A stretch of 46,218 bases of DNA from Arthrobacter sp. Its GTDB lineage: Bacteria > Actinomycetota > Actinomycetes > Actinomycetales > Micrococcaceae. The notes under the pieces are model-generated. The model ran no database searches, was not told the DNA's origin, and was given only the letters and a program-made list of their open reading frames with translations. The stretch lies in assembly GCA_046708245.1 (NCBI GenBank), contig JBKKDK010000236.1:1-46218 (forward strand). The letters run 5' to 3'. The position numbers and the translations under genes were made by a program. This document shows, one piece after another, positions 9,920 through 18,763 of this stretch (position 1 is the first letter of the stretch; each line of letters begins with the position of its first letter).

Positions 9920-10933
9920 ATGGCACTCCTCAGCACCCCCACGGCCCGGCTCCGCAGACCCGCCGTACTGCCCGCCGTCGTCCTCCTCGGCGCCCTGACC
10001 GGCGCGCTGGCGCTCAGCGGCTGCTCCGATCCCGGGGCGGCGGCCGCCGCCGGGCAACCGGCCACAACGGCGGCACGCAACGGCGTCGTCTACAACACCT
10101 CCCCGGACCAGCAGCGGCTCCGGGCCGAAAAGGACCCTGCCCTGGCCGCGAAGGTCCCCGAGCTGATCGGCCGGGACGGCAAGCTTACGGTGGCCACCAC
10201 GGCCGGCTCCATTCCGCTGTCCTTCCACGCGAGCGATGACAAGACCCCCATCGGCGTCGAGCTGGACATCGCTCAGCTGGCCGCGGACAAGCTGGGCCTG
10301 GACCTGGACGTCCAGGTCACCTCGTGGGAGAACTGGCCGCTGAAGACCCAGTCCGGCGACTTCGAGGCCGTGTTCTCCAACGTGGGCATCAACGCCGCCC
10401 GGGTCAAGCTCTTCGACTTCTCCAGCTACCGGGCCGCCTACATGGGCTTTGAGGCCAAGAAAAGTTCCAGTTACAGCATCAAGGGCTCGGACGACATCTC
10501 CGGCCTGAAGGTCTCCGTCGGCTCCGGCACCAACCAGGAGAAAATCCTGGTGGCGTGGAACCAGGAACTCGAGGCCAAGGGCAAGGCGCCCGCGGTGCTG
10601 CAGTATTACTCGTCCGACGCCGACACCATCCTGGCGCTCTCCTCCGGCCGCACCGACCTGAACATCGCCCCGTACCCCTCCGTGACCTACCGGGAGAACA
10701 CCCGCGATGACCTCAAGGTGGTGGGCAAGGTGAACGCCGGCTGGCCGTCCAAGACCCTCGTTGCCGCAACCACACTCAAGGGCAACGGCCTGGCCCCGGC
10801 CATCACGGACGCCTTGAATTCCGCGATCCAGGACGGGTCCTACGGCAAAGTCCTGGAGCGCTGGGGCCTCTCGGAGGAAGCCCTGCCCGAGTCCAGGACG
10901 GTCACCGAGGCGAATTTCGGCACGAAGCAATGA
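9920..10933 (+). CDS. ABC substrate-binding lipoprotein (family 3)
   Basis: Lipobox LSGC; GSGTNQE; DGSYGKVLERWGL. Confidence 0.92.
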   Translation: MALLSTPTARLRRPAVLPAVVLLGALTGALALSGCSDPGAAAAAGQPATTAARNGVVYNTSPDQQRLRAEKDPALAAKVPELIGRDGKLTVATTAGSIPLSFHASDDKTPIGVELDIAQLAADKLGLDLDVQVTSWENWPLKTQSGDFEAVFSNVGINAARVKLFDFSSYRAAYMGFEAKKSSSYSIKGSDDISGLKVSVGSGTNQEKILVAWNQELEAKGKAPAVLQYYSSDADTILALSSGRTDLNIAPYPSVTYRENTRDDLKVVGKVNAGWPSKTLVAATTLKGNGLAPAITDALNSAIQDGSYGKVLERWGLSEEALPESRTVTEANFGTKQ

Positions 10934-12090
10934 AATTCCAAGTCCTGGACATCATTCCGCACCTGAACAACCCGGTGACCGGGGAGATCGTTTCCACCGC
11001 CGACCGGCTCAACCAGGTGATCGATTCCGCGCAACGCGCCGAGGAGCTGGGCTACGACAGCTTCTCCGTCGGGGAGCGGCATGCCGGCGAGTTCATCTCC
11101 TCCTCCCCCACTACCGTGCTGGCCGCTATCGCCGCGGTGACGAGCCGAATCAGGCTGCAGAGCGGCGTGACCGTGCTCTCAGTCCTGGATCCGGTGCGGG
11201 TGGCGGAGGACTACGCCACGATCGACCAGCTGAGCCGCGGCCGGCTGGAACTGGTGATCGGCAAGGGCAACGAGGTGCTGCAGTACCCGCTGTTCGGGCT
11301 GGACCTTGGAGACCAGTGGGAGCTGCTGGCGGAAAAGTACGGGCTGCTGCGGCGGCTCTGGACCGAGGAGGACATCACCTGGTCCGGGAAGTTCCGCCCG
11401 GCGCTGACCGAGCCCACCACCACGACGCCGCGGCCGTTCGCGGGCGCACCGCGGGTGTGGCACGGTTCGGCGACGAGCCTGACGTCCGCGGCCCTGGCCG
11501 CAAAGTGGGGCGACCCGCTGTTCACCGCCAACGCGATCCAGCCCCGCGGGAACTATGCAGCACTCATTGACCACTACCGCGCGGAATACGAACGCCACGG
11601 CCACGACCCGCGGCACCGGTACCTCGGCGCGGGCGCCGGTGCCGGCGGGGTGTTCATCGCGGACACCACGCAGGAGGCCAAACGCCAATTCGGCCCGGTT
11701 TACGAGGCACTCACCGCCGGCCGCAACGTCCCCGGCAACAACTCTCCGTACCGGGACATCGACCACGCCGTCGCCGAGGGCCCGGCCCTCGTAGGCAGCC
11801 CGGAGCAGGTGATCGACAAGATCCTCAGCTATCACGAGCTCTACGGCCACGATCTGCAGTCCGTTTCTTTGCCCACCACGCTGCCGTTCGCGCAACAGCT
11901 GAACATTCTGGAGCGCTTTGCCTTGGAAATCATTCCGGCCGTCCGCACCGCGGCGCCCACCACCCTCTGGGATGCGGGCGATCCTTTCGCCGGCCGCCCC
12001 GAAGCCGCCGGCGCCACCGAACCCGATGCCGCAGCCCGTGTCGGCGCCGACCACACCACGCACAGGAGCTCCCATGCCTACGCCCGCTGA
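10930..12090 (+). CDS. Luciferase-like (LLM) flavin-dependent monooxygenase
   Basis: GERH, DPVRVAEDYATIDQLSRGRLELVIGKG, LVGSPEQV. Confidence 0.9.
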   Translation: MKFQVLDIIPHLNNPVTGEIVSTADRLNQVIDSAQRAEELGYDSFSVGERHAGEFISSSPTTVLAAIAAVTSRIRLQSGVTVLSVLDPVRVAEDYATIDQLSRGRLELVIGKGNEVLQYPLFGLDLGDQWELLAEKYGLLRRLWTEEDITWSGKFRPALTEPTTTTPRPFAGAPRVWHGSATSLTSAALAAKWGDPLFTANAIQPRGNYAALIDHYRAEYERHGHDPRHRYLGAGAGAGGVFIADTTQEAKRQFGPVYEALTAGRNVPGNNSPYRDIDHAVAEGPALVGSPEQVIDKILSYHELYGHDLQSVSLPTTLPFAQQLNILERFALEIIPAVRTAAPTTLWDAGDPFAGRPEAAGATEPDAAARVGADHTTHRSSHAYAR

Positions 12091-12928
12091 AACTGCCGCA
12101 ACCGCCGCCACGTCCGGGGCGTTCGCCGCGGACTGGGCCGCATGGCACGCCGCCCACGAACGCCAGCGCGCCGCCCCGCACGGGTTCCTCGCCGTCACCC
12201 ACCTGCACTGGCTCGACGCCACCCCCGGCCGGCTCGACGGCGCACCCGGGACCTGGAACGTGGAAGTCGACACCGTCAGGCTGGTCCTGGCAGCCGGCGA
12301 AAGCGTTCTCCGGGACGGGCAGGAACTGAACCCCGACGGCTCCGGCGCCACCGTGATCTTCGCACCGATCGAAGAGCGCAACGGGCTCGAGCTGGTCTCC
12401 GGCAACACCGTGATCGAACTCGCCAAGCGCGGCGGCGTGTACATCGTCCGTCCCCGGCACCCGGGCAACGGCCTGCGCTCCGGATACCGGGGCACTCCCG
12501 CATATGCACCGGATCCGGCATATTCCGTTGCGGGCATATTTTCTCCCTTTGAGCAGCCGCGCAGCATCACAGTCGGCGCCGCTGTCGAAGGAATCCAGCA
12601 CGTCTACCAGGCCCCCGGTGAGCTCCACTTCCGGCTGTGCAGCCAGGACCTGGTCCTCACCGCCTTCAACGGCCACACCCCGGGCACGCTGTCGGTGCTG
12701 TTCACCGACGCCACCTCGGGCCGGACCACGTACGCCAGCAACCGTTTGCTCAGCATCTCGGCGCCCGGTCCGGACGGAACAGTCACCCTCGACTTCAACC
12801 GGGCCGTCAACCTGCCGTGCGCGTACACGGACCTCGCCACCTGCCCGCTGCCGCCCGCGGAGAACCGGCTGCCGGTTGCCGTGGAAGCCGGCGAGCAGAT
12901 TCCCTTCGAACGTCAGGACGCCTCATGA
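12074..12928 (+). CDS. DUF1684 domain protein
   Basis: LFTDATSGRTTY..R, LDFNRAVNLPCAY..ATCPLPP.EN signature; AGGAG RBS. Confidence 0.9.
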   Translation: MPTPAETAATAATSGAFAADWAAWHAAHERQRAAPHGFLAVTHLHWLDATPGRLDGAPGTWNVEVDTVRLVLAAGESVLRDGQELNPDGSGATVIFAPIEERNGLELVSGNTVIELAKRGGVYIVRPRHPGNGLRSGYRGTPAYAPDPAYSVAGIFSPFEQPRSITVGAAVEGIQHVYQAPGELHFRLCSQDLVLTAFNGHTPGTLSVLFTDATSGRTTYASNRLLSISAPGPDGTVTLDFNRAVNLPCAYTDLATCPLPPAENRLPVAVEAGEQIPFERQDAS

Positions 12929-14172
12929 GCACTGCACCAGAACCCCGCGAGCCCCTGGGCTCCCGCCCGGAACCGCGCGGGCCGGTCCGCGGCCTCCTGC
13001 TGCTCGAAGTCGACGGCGCCGGCGGCCACCCCGCCGCCTGGCGGGCGGTGCGGACTGCACCAGCCGCAGTACTGACCCCCGCCCGGCTCCGGGCGGTGGT
13101 GCTTGCGGCCGAATCCGCCGGGTTCCACGCCGCAACGTTCAGCGACGCCCCGCCGGCGGACGCCCAGGGGGCGACCGGCAACGGGGCGGATGCCGCCGCA
13201 CGGCTCAACGCCCTGCAGCGCGCGGCGTTCGCCGGCCCGGTCACACGCTCCATCGCCCTGATCCCGGAAGTCGACACCGTCTACACCGAGCCCTTCCACG
13301 TCTCCACGCAGCTCGCCAGCCTGGACTACGTCACGAGCGGGCGGGCCGGGTGGCTCGTGGGCGCCTCGGCCAGCGCCGCCGACGCCGCCGCCGTCGGACG
13401 CAGCTTTGTCCACGGGGGGCGGCTGGCGCAGGAGGCCGCCGATTCCATCGAGGTGAGCCGCCGGCTCTGGGACTCCTGGGAGGACGACGCGGTGATCCGG
13501 GACGTCGCCACCGGGCGTTACCTGGACGCGGACAAGCTTCACTACGTTGATTTCGAAAGCACCGCCGGGCCGGACGGCGGATATGCCGTTAAGGGTCCCT
13601 CCATCATTCCGCGGCCCCTCCAGGGGCAACTTCCCATCCTGGCGCCGGCGGGGCTGCTCGCAGCGGAGTCGCTGGAAGCCGGGGCCGTGGACGCACTGCT
13701 GGTCTCCGCTCCCACCCCGGAGCTGCTCGCGGCCGAACTCACCGGAACCCGCAGGGCCCTTGCCGCGTTAGGCAGCGTCGCACCGGCGCTCGTCGCGGAG
13801 CTTGACGTCGTCCTGGACTCCCGCGGGCAGAGCGCCGCGGAACGGCTCGCCGAACTCGACGCGCACAGCCAGTGGGTCAGCCCGCGGGCACGGTTCCTCG
13901 GGAGCGCCGCGGAGCTCGTCGAGCTGCTGGCCGGGCTGCTCGCCCGCCCGGCCGGCGGCGGACCGGCCCCGGCCGACGGGGTCCGGCTGCACCCGGCAGT
14001 GCTGGACACCGAGCTCGAGGAGCTCGGCCGGCTGGTCCTCCCTGTACTGCGCCGCCGCGGCGTCCTGGCGCCGTCAGACCGGGACGCCACGTTCCGGGAG
14101 CAGCTGGGCCTCGCCCGGCCGCACAGCCGCTACGCCGCCGCATCCCGTTCCGCTTCCACCGCCCGAATCTAA
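12925..14172 (+). CDS. LLM-class monooxygenase (NtaA/SnaA/DszA-like, divergent)
   Basis: GGHPAAWR, EPFHVSTQLASLDYVTSGRAGW, LWDSWEDDA, TFREQLGL; ATGA overlap. Confidence 0.88.
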   Translation: MSTAPEPREPLGSRPEPRGPVRGLLLLEVDGAGGHPAAWRAVRTAPAAVLTPARLRAVVLAAESAGFHAATFSDAPPADAQGATGNGADAAARLNALQRAAFAGPVTRSIALIPEVDTVYTEPFHVSTQLASLDYVTSGRAGWLVGASASAADAAAVGRSFVHGGRLAQEAADSIEVSRRLWDSWEDDAVIRDVATGRYLDADKLHYVDFESTAGPDGGYAVKGPSIIPRPLQGQLPILAPAGLLAAESLEAGAVDALLVSAPTPELLAAELTGTRRALAALGSVAPALVAELDVVLDSRGQSAAERLAELDAHSQWVSPRARFLGSAAELVELLAGLLARPAGGGPAPADGVRLHPAVLDTELEELGRLVLPVLRRRGVLAPSDRDATFREQLGLARPHSRYAAASRSASTARI

Positions 14173-14181
14173 GGAGCACCA

Positions 14182-15561
14182 ATGAGCCACACCCCAAATC
14201 CGGCCCGGGAGTTCAGGCCTTCCGGGCAGCTCAGCCTCGGGGTCTTCTTCCAGGGCGTCAACTCGGGGACCATCTGGAAGACGGCCGGGTCCGGTTCCCA
14301 GACGGACTTCGAGTCGTTCCGGCGCATCGCCCAGACCGCCGAGCGCGGCCTGTTCTCCGCGTTTTTCCTCGGCGAGGGGCTGCGGCTGCGCGAACACCTC
14401 GGCCGGCCGCACGCCCTTGACGTCGCCGGCCGGCCCGATGCGCAGACCGCGCTGGCCGCCCTCGCCGCCGTTACCTCGCACATCGGCCTGGTGGCCACGC
14501 AGAACACCACCTACAACGATCCCGCCGACCTTGCCCACCGGCTCTCGTCCCTGGACTTGATCTCCGCGGGCAGGGCGGCGTGGAACATCGTCACCACGGA
14601 CAACGCCTGGACCGGGGCGAACTTCCGCCGCGGCGGCTACCTCGACCACGCGGACCGCTACGTGCACGCCGAAGCCTTCGTGGAGACGACCAAACGGATC
14701 TGGGAGGCCTGGGACGACGGCGCCGTCGCGTCCTCCGCCGGCGCCGCCCGCTGGGCTGCTCCGGGTGCCGTCCGCCGGGTGCAGCACACCGGCAAGCACT
14801 ACACCGTGGACGTCACGCCGCGGCTGCCGCGCAGTGCCCAGTACCGGCCCGTCCTGTTCCAGGCAGGCGACTCGCCGGACGGCCGGGACTTCGCCGCCCG
14901 CCAGGCCGACGTCATCTTCTCCGCCCACCCCCAGCTCGACGACGCCCTGGCCTTCCGGCGCGACATTGTGGACCGCACGCTCAACGCCGGCCGTGGCGCC
15001 AACGACGTCAAGATCATGCCCGCGAGCGAGTTCATCCTGGCCGCCACGCCGCAGGAGGCCCGGGACAAGAAGGCGTGGGTGCGGAGCCTGCAGATCGGCC
15101 CGCAGCAGGCCATCGCCTACCTGGAGCAGTTCTGGGGGCGCGAGCTGCAGGAGTTTGATCCAGATGGTCCGCTGCCGGCCGTCGACCCGGTCGTGGAGGA
15201 AACCTCGGAAACCCGCGGCAGCGGCTTCCACGGCGCGAAGGCCCGGCAGCTGGCGGACCAGTGGCGCGCCGAAGCGCGGGACAAGGGCCTGTCCATCCGG
15301 CAGTTCGTGTCCGCCAAAACCAGCCGGGGCGATTCCACCTTCACGGGCTCCTATGCCGAAGTGGCGGACCGGCTGGTGGAGTATGCCCGCACGGGCGCCG
15401 TCGACGGGTTCAACATCTCGCCGTGGCTCATCCCGAGCGGGCTGGACGAGATCGTCAACCACCTCGTACCAGCCCTGCAGGAACGCGGCGTCTACCCGAC
15501 GGAATACGCCGGTGCCACGCTGCGCGAAAACCTCGGGCTGGCTGCCCCGGCCCGGGTCTAG
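14182..15561 (+). CDS. NtaA/DmoA family FMN-dependent monooxygenase
   Basis: AQTAERGLF, GRAAWNIVT, PVLFQAGDSPDGRDFAARQADVIF, LVPALQERG, TLRENLGL. Confidence 0.92.
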   Translation: MSHTPNPAREFRPSGQLSLGVFFQGVNSGTIWKTAGSGSQTDFESFRRIAQTAERGLFSAFFLGEGLRLREHLGRPHALDVAGRPDAQTALAALAAVTSHIGLVATQNTTYNDPADLAHRLSSLDLISAGRAAWNIVTTDNAWTGANFRRGGYLDHADRYVHAEAFVETTKRIWEAWDDGAVASSAGAARWAAPGAVRRVQHTGKHYTVDVTPRLPRSAQYRPVLFQAGDSPDGRDFAARQADVIFSAHPQLDDALAFRRDIVDRTLNAGRGANDVKIMPASEFILAATPQEARDKKAWVRSLQIGPQQAIAYLEQFWGRELQEFDPDGPLPAVDPVVEETSETRGSGFHGAKARQLADQWRAEARDKGLSIRQFVSAKTSRGDSTFTGSYAEVADRLVEYARTGAVDGFNISPWLIPSGLDEIVNHLVPALQERGVYPTEYAGATLRENLGLAAPARV

Positions 15562-15564
15562 ACG

Positions 15565-15678
15565 ATGAGCGATTCGGAATCCGGCACGGACGTGGGAAAC
15601 ACCGGAACGGACAGCAGCTCCATGGGCAGCACGGGCACCATCCGGCTGCAGCTGACGCTCTGGCAGCAGTATCTCTAG
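15565..15678 (+). CDS. Possible 37-aa small ORF (MSDSESGTDVGNTGTDSSSMGSTGTIRLQLTLWQQYL)
   Basis: ATG 3 nt after the upstream stop, GC3-rich codons, ends before the hairpin; no recognised family. Confidence 0.3.
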   Translation: MSDSESGTDVGNTGTDSSSMGSTGTIRLQLTLWQQYL

Positions 15679-15702
15679 AGGATTCCGGACCGCTCATCCC
15701 CA

Positions 15703-15760
15703 TCGATTGCTCCGTACCCGCCCTTTTCGGGCCTCATAAGGGCGGTTACGGAGCAATCGA
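15703..15760. repeat. 23-bp inverted repeat (REP-like element / bidirectional terminator)
   Basis: TCGATTGCTCCGTACCCGCCCTT-N12-AAGGGCGGTTACGGAGCAATCGA, one mismatch, between convergent genes. Confidence 0.8.
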
Positions 15761-15781
15761 CGCGAGAAACAGGATGCCTTG

Positions 15782-16759
15782 CTACTTCTTGGGCAGTCCC
15801 GCGGGGTTCAGCTCGGACTTCGTCACGGCCTCGGAGCTCAGGCCCCAGCGGTCCAGGATCCTGGCGTAGCTGCCGTCCTCGATCAGGTGGTTCAGGCCAG
15901 CCGTGGCCGCGGCGGCAAAACCGTTGCCCTTTTTGGTGGTGGCGGCGATGTTGGCCTTCAGCGGCCAGCCGCCGTCGACCAGCCCCACAAGCTTGGTTTT
16001 GGCATCGGTGGCGGCCTTGAAGGCTGCCGTGGCGTTGGGGCCGAAGGTGAGGTCGGCGCGGCCGGACTGCAGGGCCAGCGCGGAGGCGGAGTCGTCGTCG
16101 TAGTACTGGAACTCCACCGGCTTAAGGCCCTTGGCCTTGTTCTCCTCGTCCCAGCGCAGCAGGATGGATTCCTGGTTGGTGCCGGAGCCCACGATCACGC
16201 GCTTTCCGGCCACATCCTCCGCCGTCTCCACCTTGGCGAGGGCGCTGTCTGCCTTGGCGTAGAAGCCCAGCTTGTCGTCGCGGTAGCTGGCGAAGTCGAA
16301 CTTGAGCTTGCGCTCCTCGGTCACGGTCACGTTGGACAGCACGGCCTCGTACTTGCCGGACTCGACGCCGAGGGGCCAGTCCGCCCATGCGGTCGGGACG
16401 ATCTCCGCTTCCAGCCCCAGCGACTGCGCCAGGGCGACGGCGATGTCCACTTCATTGCCCACCGGCGTTTTGTTGTCGGTGGCGTAGACGGCCAGCGGGG
16501 CGGCAAAGGGGCTGACCGCCACGGTCAGTTTGCCGTCTTTCTTGATGGCTTCCGGAACCAGGGCGGCGGCCTCCGGACTGACAGTGGACTTGGCCCGGTC
16601 CTGCTCGGGTGAGAGGTTGAACTGCTTGACCGCCGCGGACGCCGCCTTTCCGGCGTTGCCGGCGGGGGCCGCGCCGGGATCGGAGCAGGCTGTGAGGGCC
16701 AGCAGGGCCGTGGCGGCAAGCGCGGCGCTGACGCCGGACGTGAGTGTGGTGCTGGACAT
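15782..16759 (-). CDS. Second ABC substrate-binding lipoprotein (family 3), paralog of 9920..10933
   Basis: Lipobox LTAC-SDPG; shares FDFxSYR, GSGTNQE, GWP, DGSY..L.RWGL with the first SBP; AGGAG RBS. Confidence 0.92.
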   Translation of the reverse strand: MSSTTLTSGVSAALAATALLALTACSDPGAAPAGNAGKAASAAVKQFNLSPEQDRAKSTVSPEAAALVPEAIKKDGKLTVAVSPFAAPLAVYATDNKTPVGNEVDIAVALAQSLGLEAEIVPTAWADWPLGVESGKYEAVLSNVTVTEERKLKFDFASYRDDKLGFYAKADSALAKVETAEDVAGKRVIVGSGTNQESILLRWDEENKAKGLKPVEFQYYDDDSASALALQSGRADLTFGPNATAAFKAATDAKTKLVGLVDGGWPLKANIAATTKKGNGFAAAATAGLNHLIEDGSYARILDRWGLSSEAVTKSELNPAGLPKK

Positions 16760-17013
16760 TTTTCTCTCCTGAAAGTCTCGGATTGGTGCTGGTGCCAGCA
16801 ACTATCCGCGGCCACCGGAGACCGGTCAAAAGTCCCCGAAACCAAGGGATACCGGGCGTCATGGCGCTTCATTAGAGGCGGCGGAGATGACACCACCGCG
16901 GCCCAGTGTGACCCAACATTTCCCAGCGTGACGCGGCGGGAAGAATTTCTGCGCGGCGGGGCGCCGCTGGCCTAGCCTGCTTAATGAGCCCGCTGATTAC
17001 AGGAGGTGTGGAC

Positions 17014-17550
17014 TTGCCGCAGACAACGCGCCGGACAAACCACCGGCTGGGCATCGATGCCCCAGGCGATCTCGTTTTCCGCATGCTGCGGGACTCCGCG
17101 CACTGGCCGTACTTGGATGGACTCACGGTGTACGCCGAGCGTGTCAGCGGAGACGAGTCCAGCCACGAGTTGCGGACCTCGGTGGTGGTCAACGGCTCCC
17201 TGAGTTCGAGCCACTGCCACCGGGTGTTTGACGCCGCCGGACTGCGGGCCGAGTTCCGTCAGCTCGGGCTGGAAGCTCCGCTGCTTCGCCTCGACGGCGG
17301 CTGGTCCGTCCGCGGGTCCGGGGGACACTCCGAAGTCACGCTGGAACACGAGTTCGAGGTGGATGAGGACGCCGGGGAGCTCCCCGAGCTGATCCACCGG
17401 ACCATCGATGAGTACAGCAGGCGCGAGCTCGAGGCGCTGCGCCTGAGCTGCGAGCGCCTCGCGCTGCTGCTGCAGGAGCACACTGCGGGCAACACTGGCC
17501 CGGGCGCCGGGTCCGGCGCCGCCAGGACCACCGCCGCATGGGAGGCATAA
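17014..17550 (+). CDS. SRPBCC/polyketide cyclase-aromatase-like protein
   Basis: HRLGIDAPGDLVFRMLRD..HWP, LDGGWSV..SEVTLEHEF, RRELEALR; AGGAGG 7 nt before TTG (GTG 17008 is an alternative). Confidence 0.7.
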   Translation: MPQTTRRTNHRLGIDAPGDLVFRMLRDSAHWPYLDGLTVYAERVSGDESSHELRTSVVVNGSLSSSHCHRVFDAAGLRAEFRQLGLEAPLLRLDGGWSVRGSGGHSEVTLEHEFEVDEDAGELPELIHRTIDEYSRRELEALRLSCERLALLLQEHTAGNTGPGAGSGAARTTAAWEA

Positions 17551-17555
17551 AGCCG

Positions 17556-18185
17556 ATGGCAGACGACAGATACACCACCGAACGGGACGGCTTTGGCCGG
17601 CTCCTGGCCGACCGCGAGATCTGGCGGCAGGCGGCGACCATTCCGGCGGCCTGCGAGCTGACCGCGCGCTGGCTGGAAGGCCGCAGCGAGTACCAGCCGG
17701 GCACCTTTGCGCCGCGCTATGACGATGAAACCCGGGCGATCGCCGGCGGGCTCGCGGATCTGAACCGCAGCGGGCTCTTCACCAAGGAATCCCAGCCCGG
17801 CGTGCTGTCCGAGGGACATGCCCAGCGCGCGTACGTCACGGGGTTTTGCAGCGTGGAGTCAGCGGCCGCGCTCCTGGAGCTCTCCGGCCGGACCGATCTG
17901 GTGACCGTGGCACACGCCCCCGGCGAGGCCAGCCAGTCCTCCATCCCCGTGACCCTGCGGGACGGCGACGTGGTGACGGTCCTGGGCAGCAGCGAGGGCC
18001 CGGTCGGGGACGACGAGCTCCGCGACTGGACCGAGGAAGCCAACGAGAGCCTGGCCCTCGCACTGGCAGACTCCTGGTTTGTTGAGGTCTTTGACCCGGT
18101 CTGGGGACGGAACGACGTGCTCCTGCCGGCCGTGCTGGGGGCGCTGGCCGATCTGGAGGCGGCGGCGGTGGAGCCGGGCAGCTAG
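17556..18185 (+). CDS. DUF6919-like protein
   Basis: LTARWLEG...LNRSGLFTKESQPG..QRAYVTGF...DPVWGRND pattern; GGAGG RBS. Confidence 0.7.
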   Translation: MADDRYTTERDGFGRLLADREIWRQAATIPAACELTARWLEGRSEYQPGTFAPRYDDETRAIAGGLADLNRSGLFTKESQPGVLSEGHAQRAYVTGFCSVESAAALLELSGRTDLVTVAHAPGEASQSSIPVTLRDGDVVTVLGSSEGPVGDDELRDWTEEANESLALALADSWFVEVFDPVWGRNDVLLPAVLGALADLEAAAVEPGS

Positions 18186-18490
18186 TCCGTATCCCCGCCG
18201 ATGCTGGCGGCCTCGTCCAGGGTGTGCGGCGCGAAATGCTCCAGCATGTCCTTCATCGCATCGAGGCCCTGCTTGTAGGTCGCCGATGCCCGCCACTGCT
18301 CGATCTGTTCGATGGATTCCCACGGCCCGGTGCTGATGAACCGGTTGGGCACGTCCCGGTCGTGCATCAGCACGGCCTTGGCGTGCGGGAAATCCTCTTT
18401 GGTCTTTCTGGCCAGATCCCGCCAGGCCTGCACAAAATCATTCTCCCGGCCCGGATGTACCAACCAGATTCCCAGCGTGTAAACCGACAC
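18182..18490 (-). CDS. Antibiotic biosynthesis monooxygenase (ABM) family protein
   Basis: VYTLGIWLVHPGRENDFVQAW...PNRFISTGPWES.EQ..QWR; GGAGG before GTG. Confidence 0.8.
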   Translation of the reverse strand: MSVYTLGIWLVHPGRENDFVQAWRDLARKTKEDFPHAKAVLMHDRDVPNRFISTGPWESIEQIEQWRASATYKQGLDAMKDMLEHFAPHTLDEAASIGGDTD

Positions 18491-18763
18491 GTCGACCGCC
18501 TCCATTTTTGCTGTACGGGGTTGATACGGCCGATTATGGGCCTGCCGCCCGGGACGGCGGTAGGGCCGATTTGCCCCAAGGGACTGGAGGCTGCTGGACT
18601 GGCCCGGTTTCCAGCGCCGCGCCCTCGCATCAGTGCCCAGTCCCGGCTCAGCGCGGTCCAAAACCGGGCCGGTTCGGCAGGGGCGGCCCGGGCCAGGGCG
18701 ACGACTGCGCCCTATCACCCCCCGAAGCTGACAGGACGCCGCCGGTGTGTTCGACGGACCGGG

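Noticed and set aside
17014-18490. Polyketide biosynthetic cluster (cyclase + ABM)
   Set aside because: No ketosynthase, ACP or other core biosynthetic gene in the window
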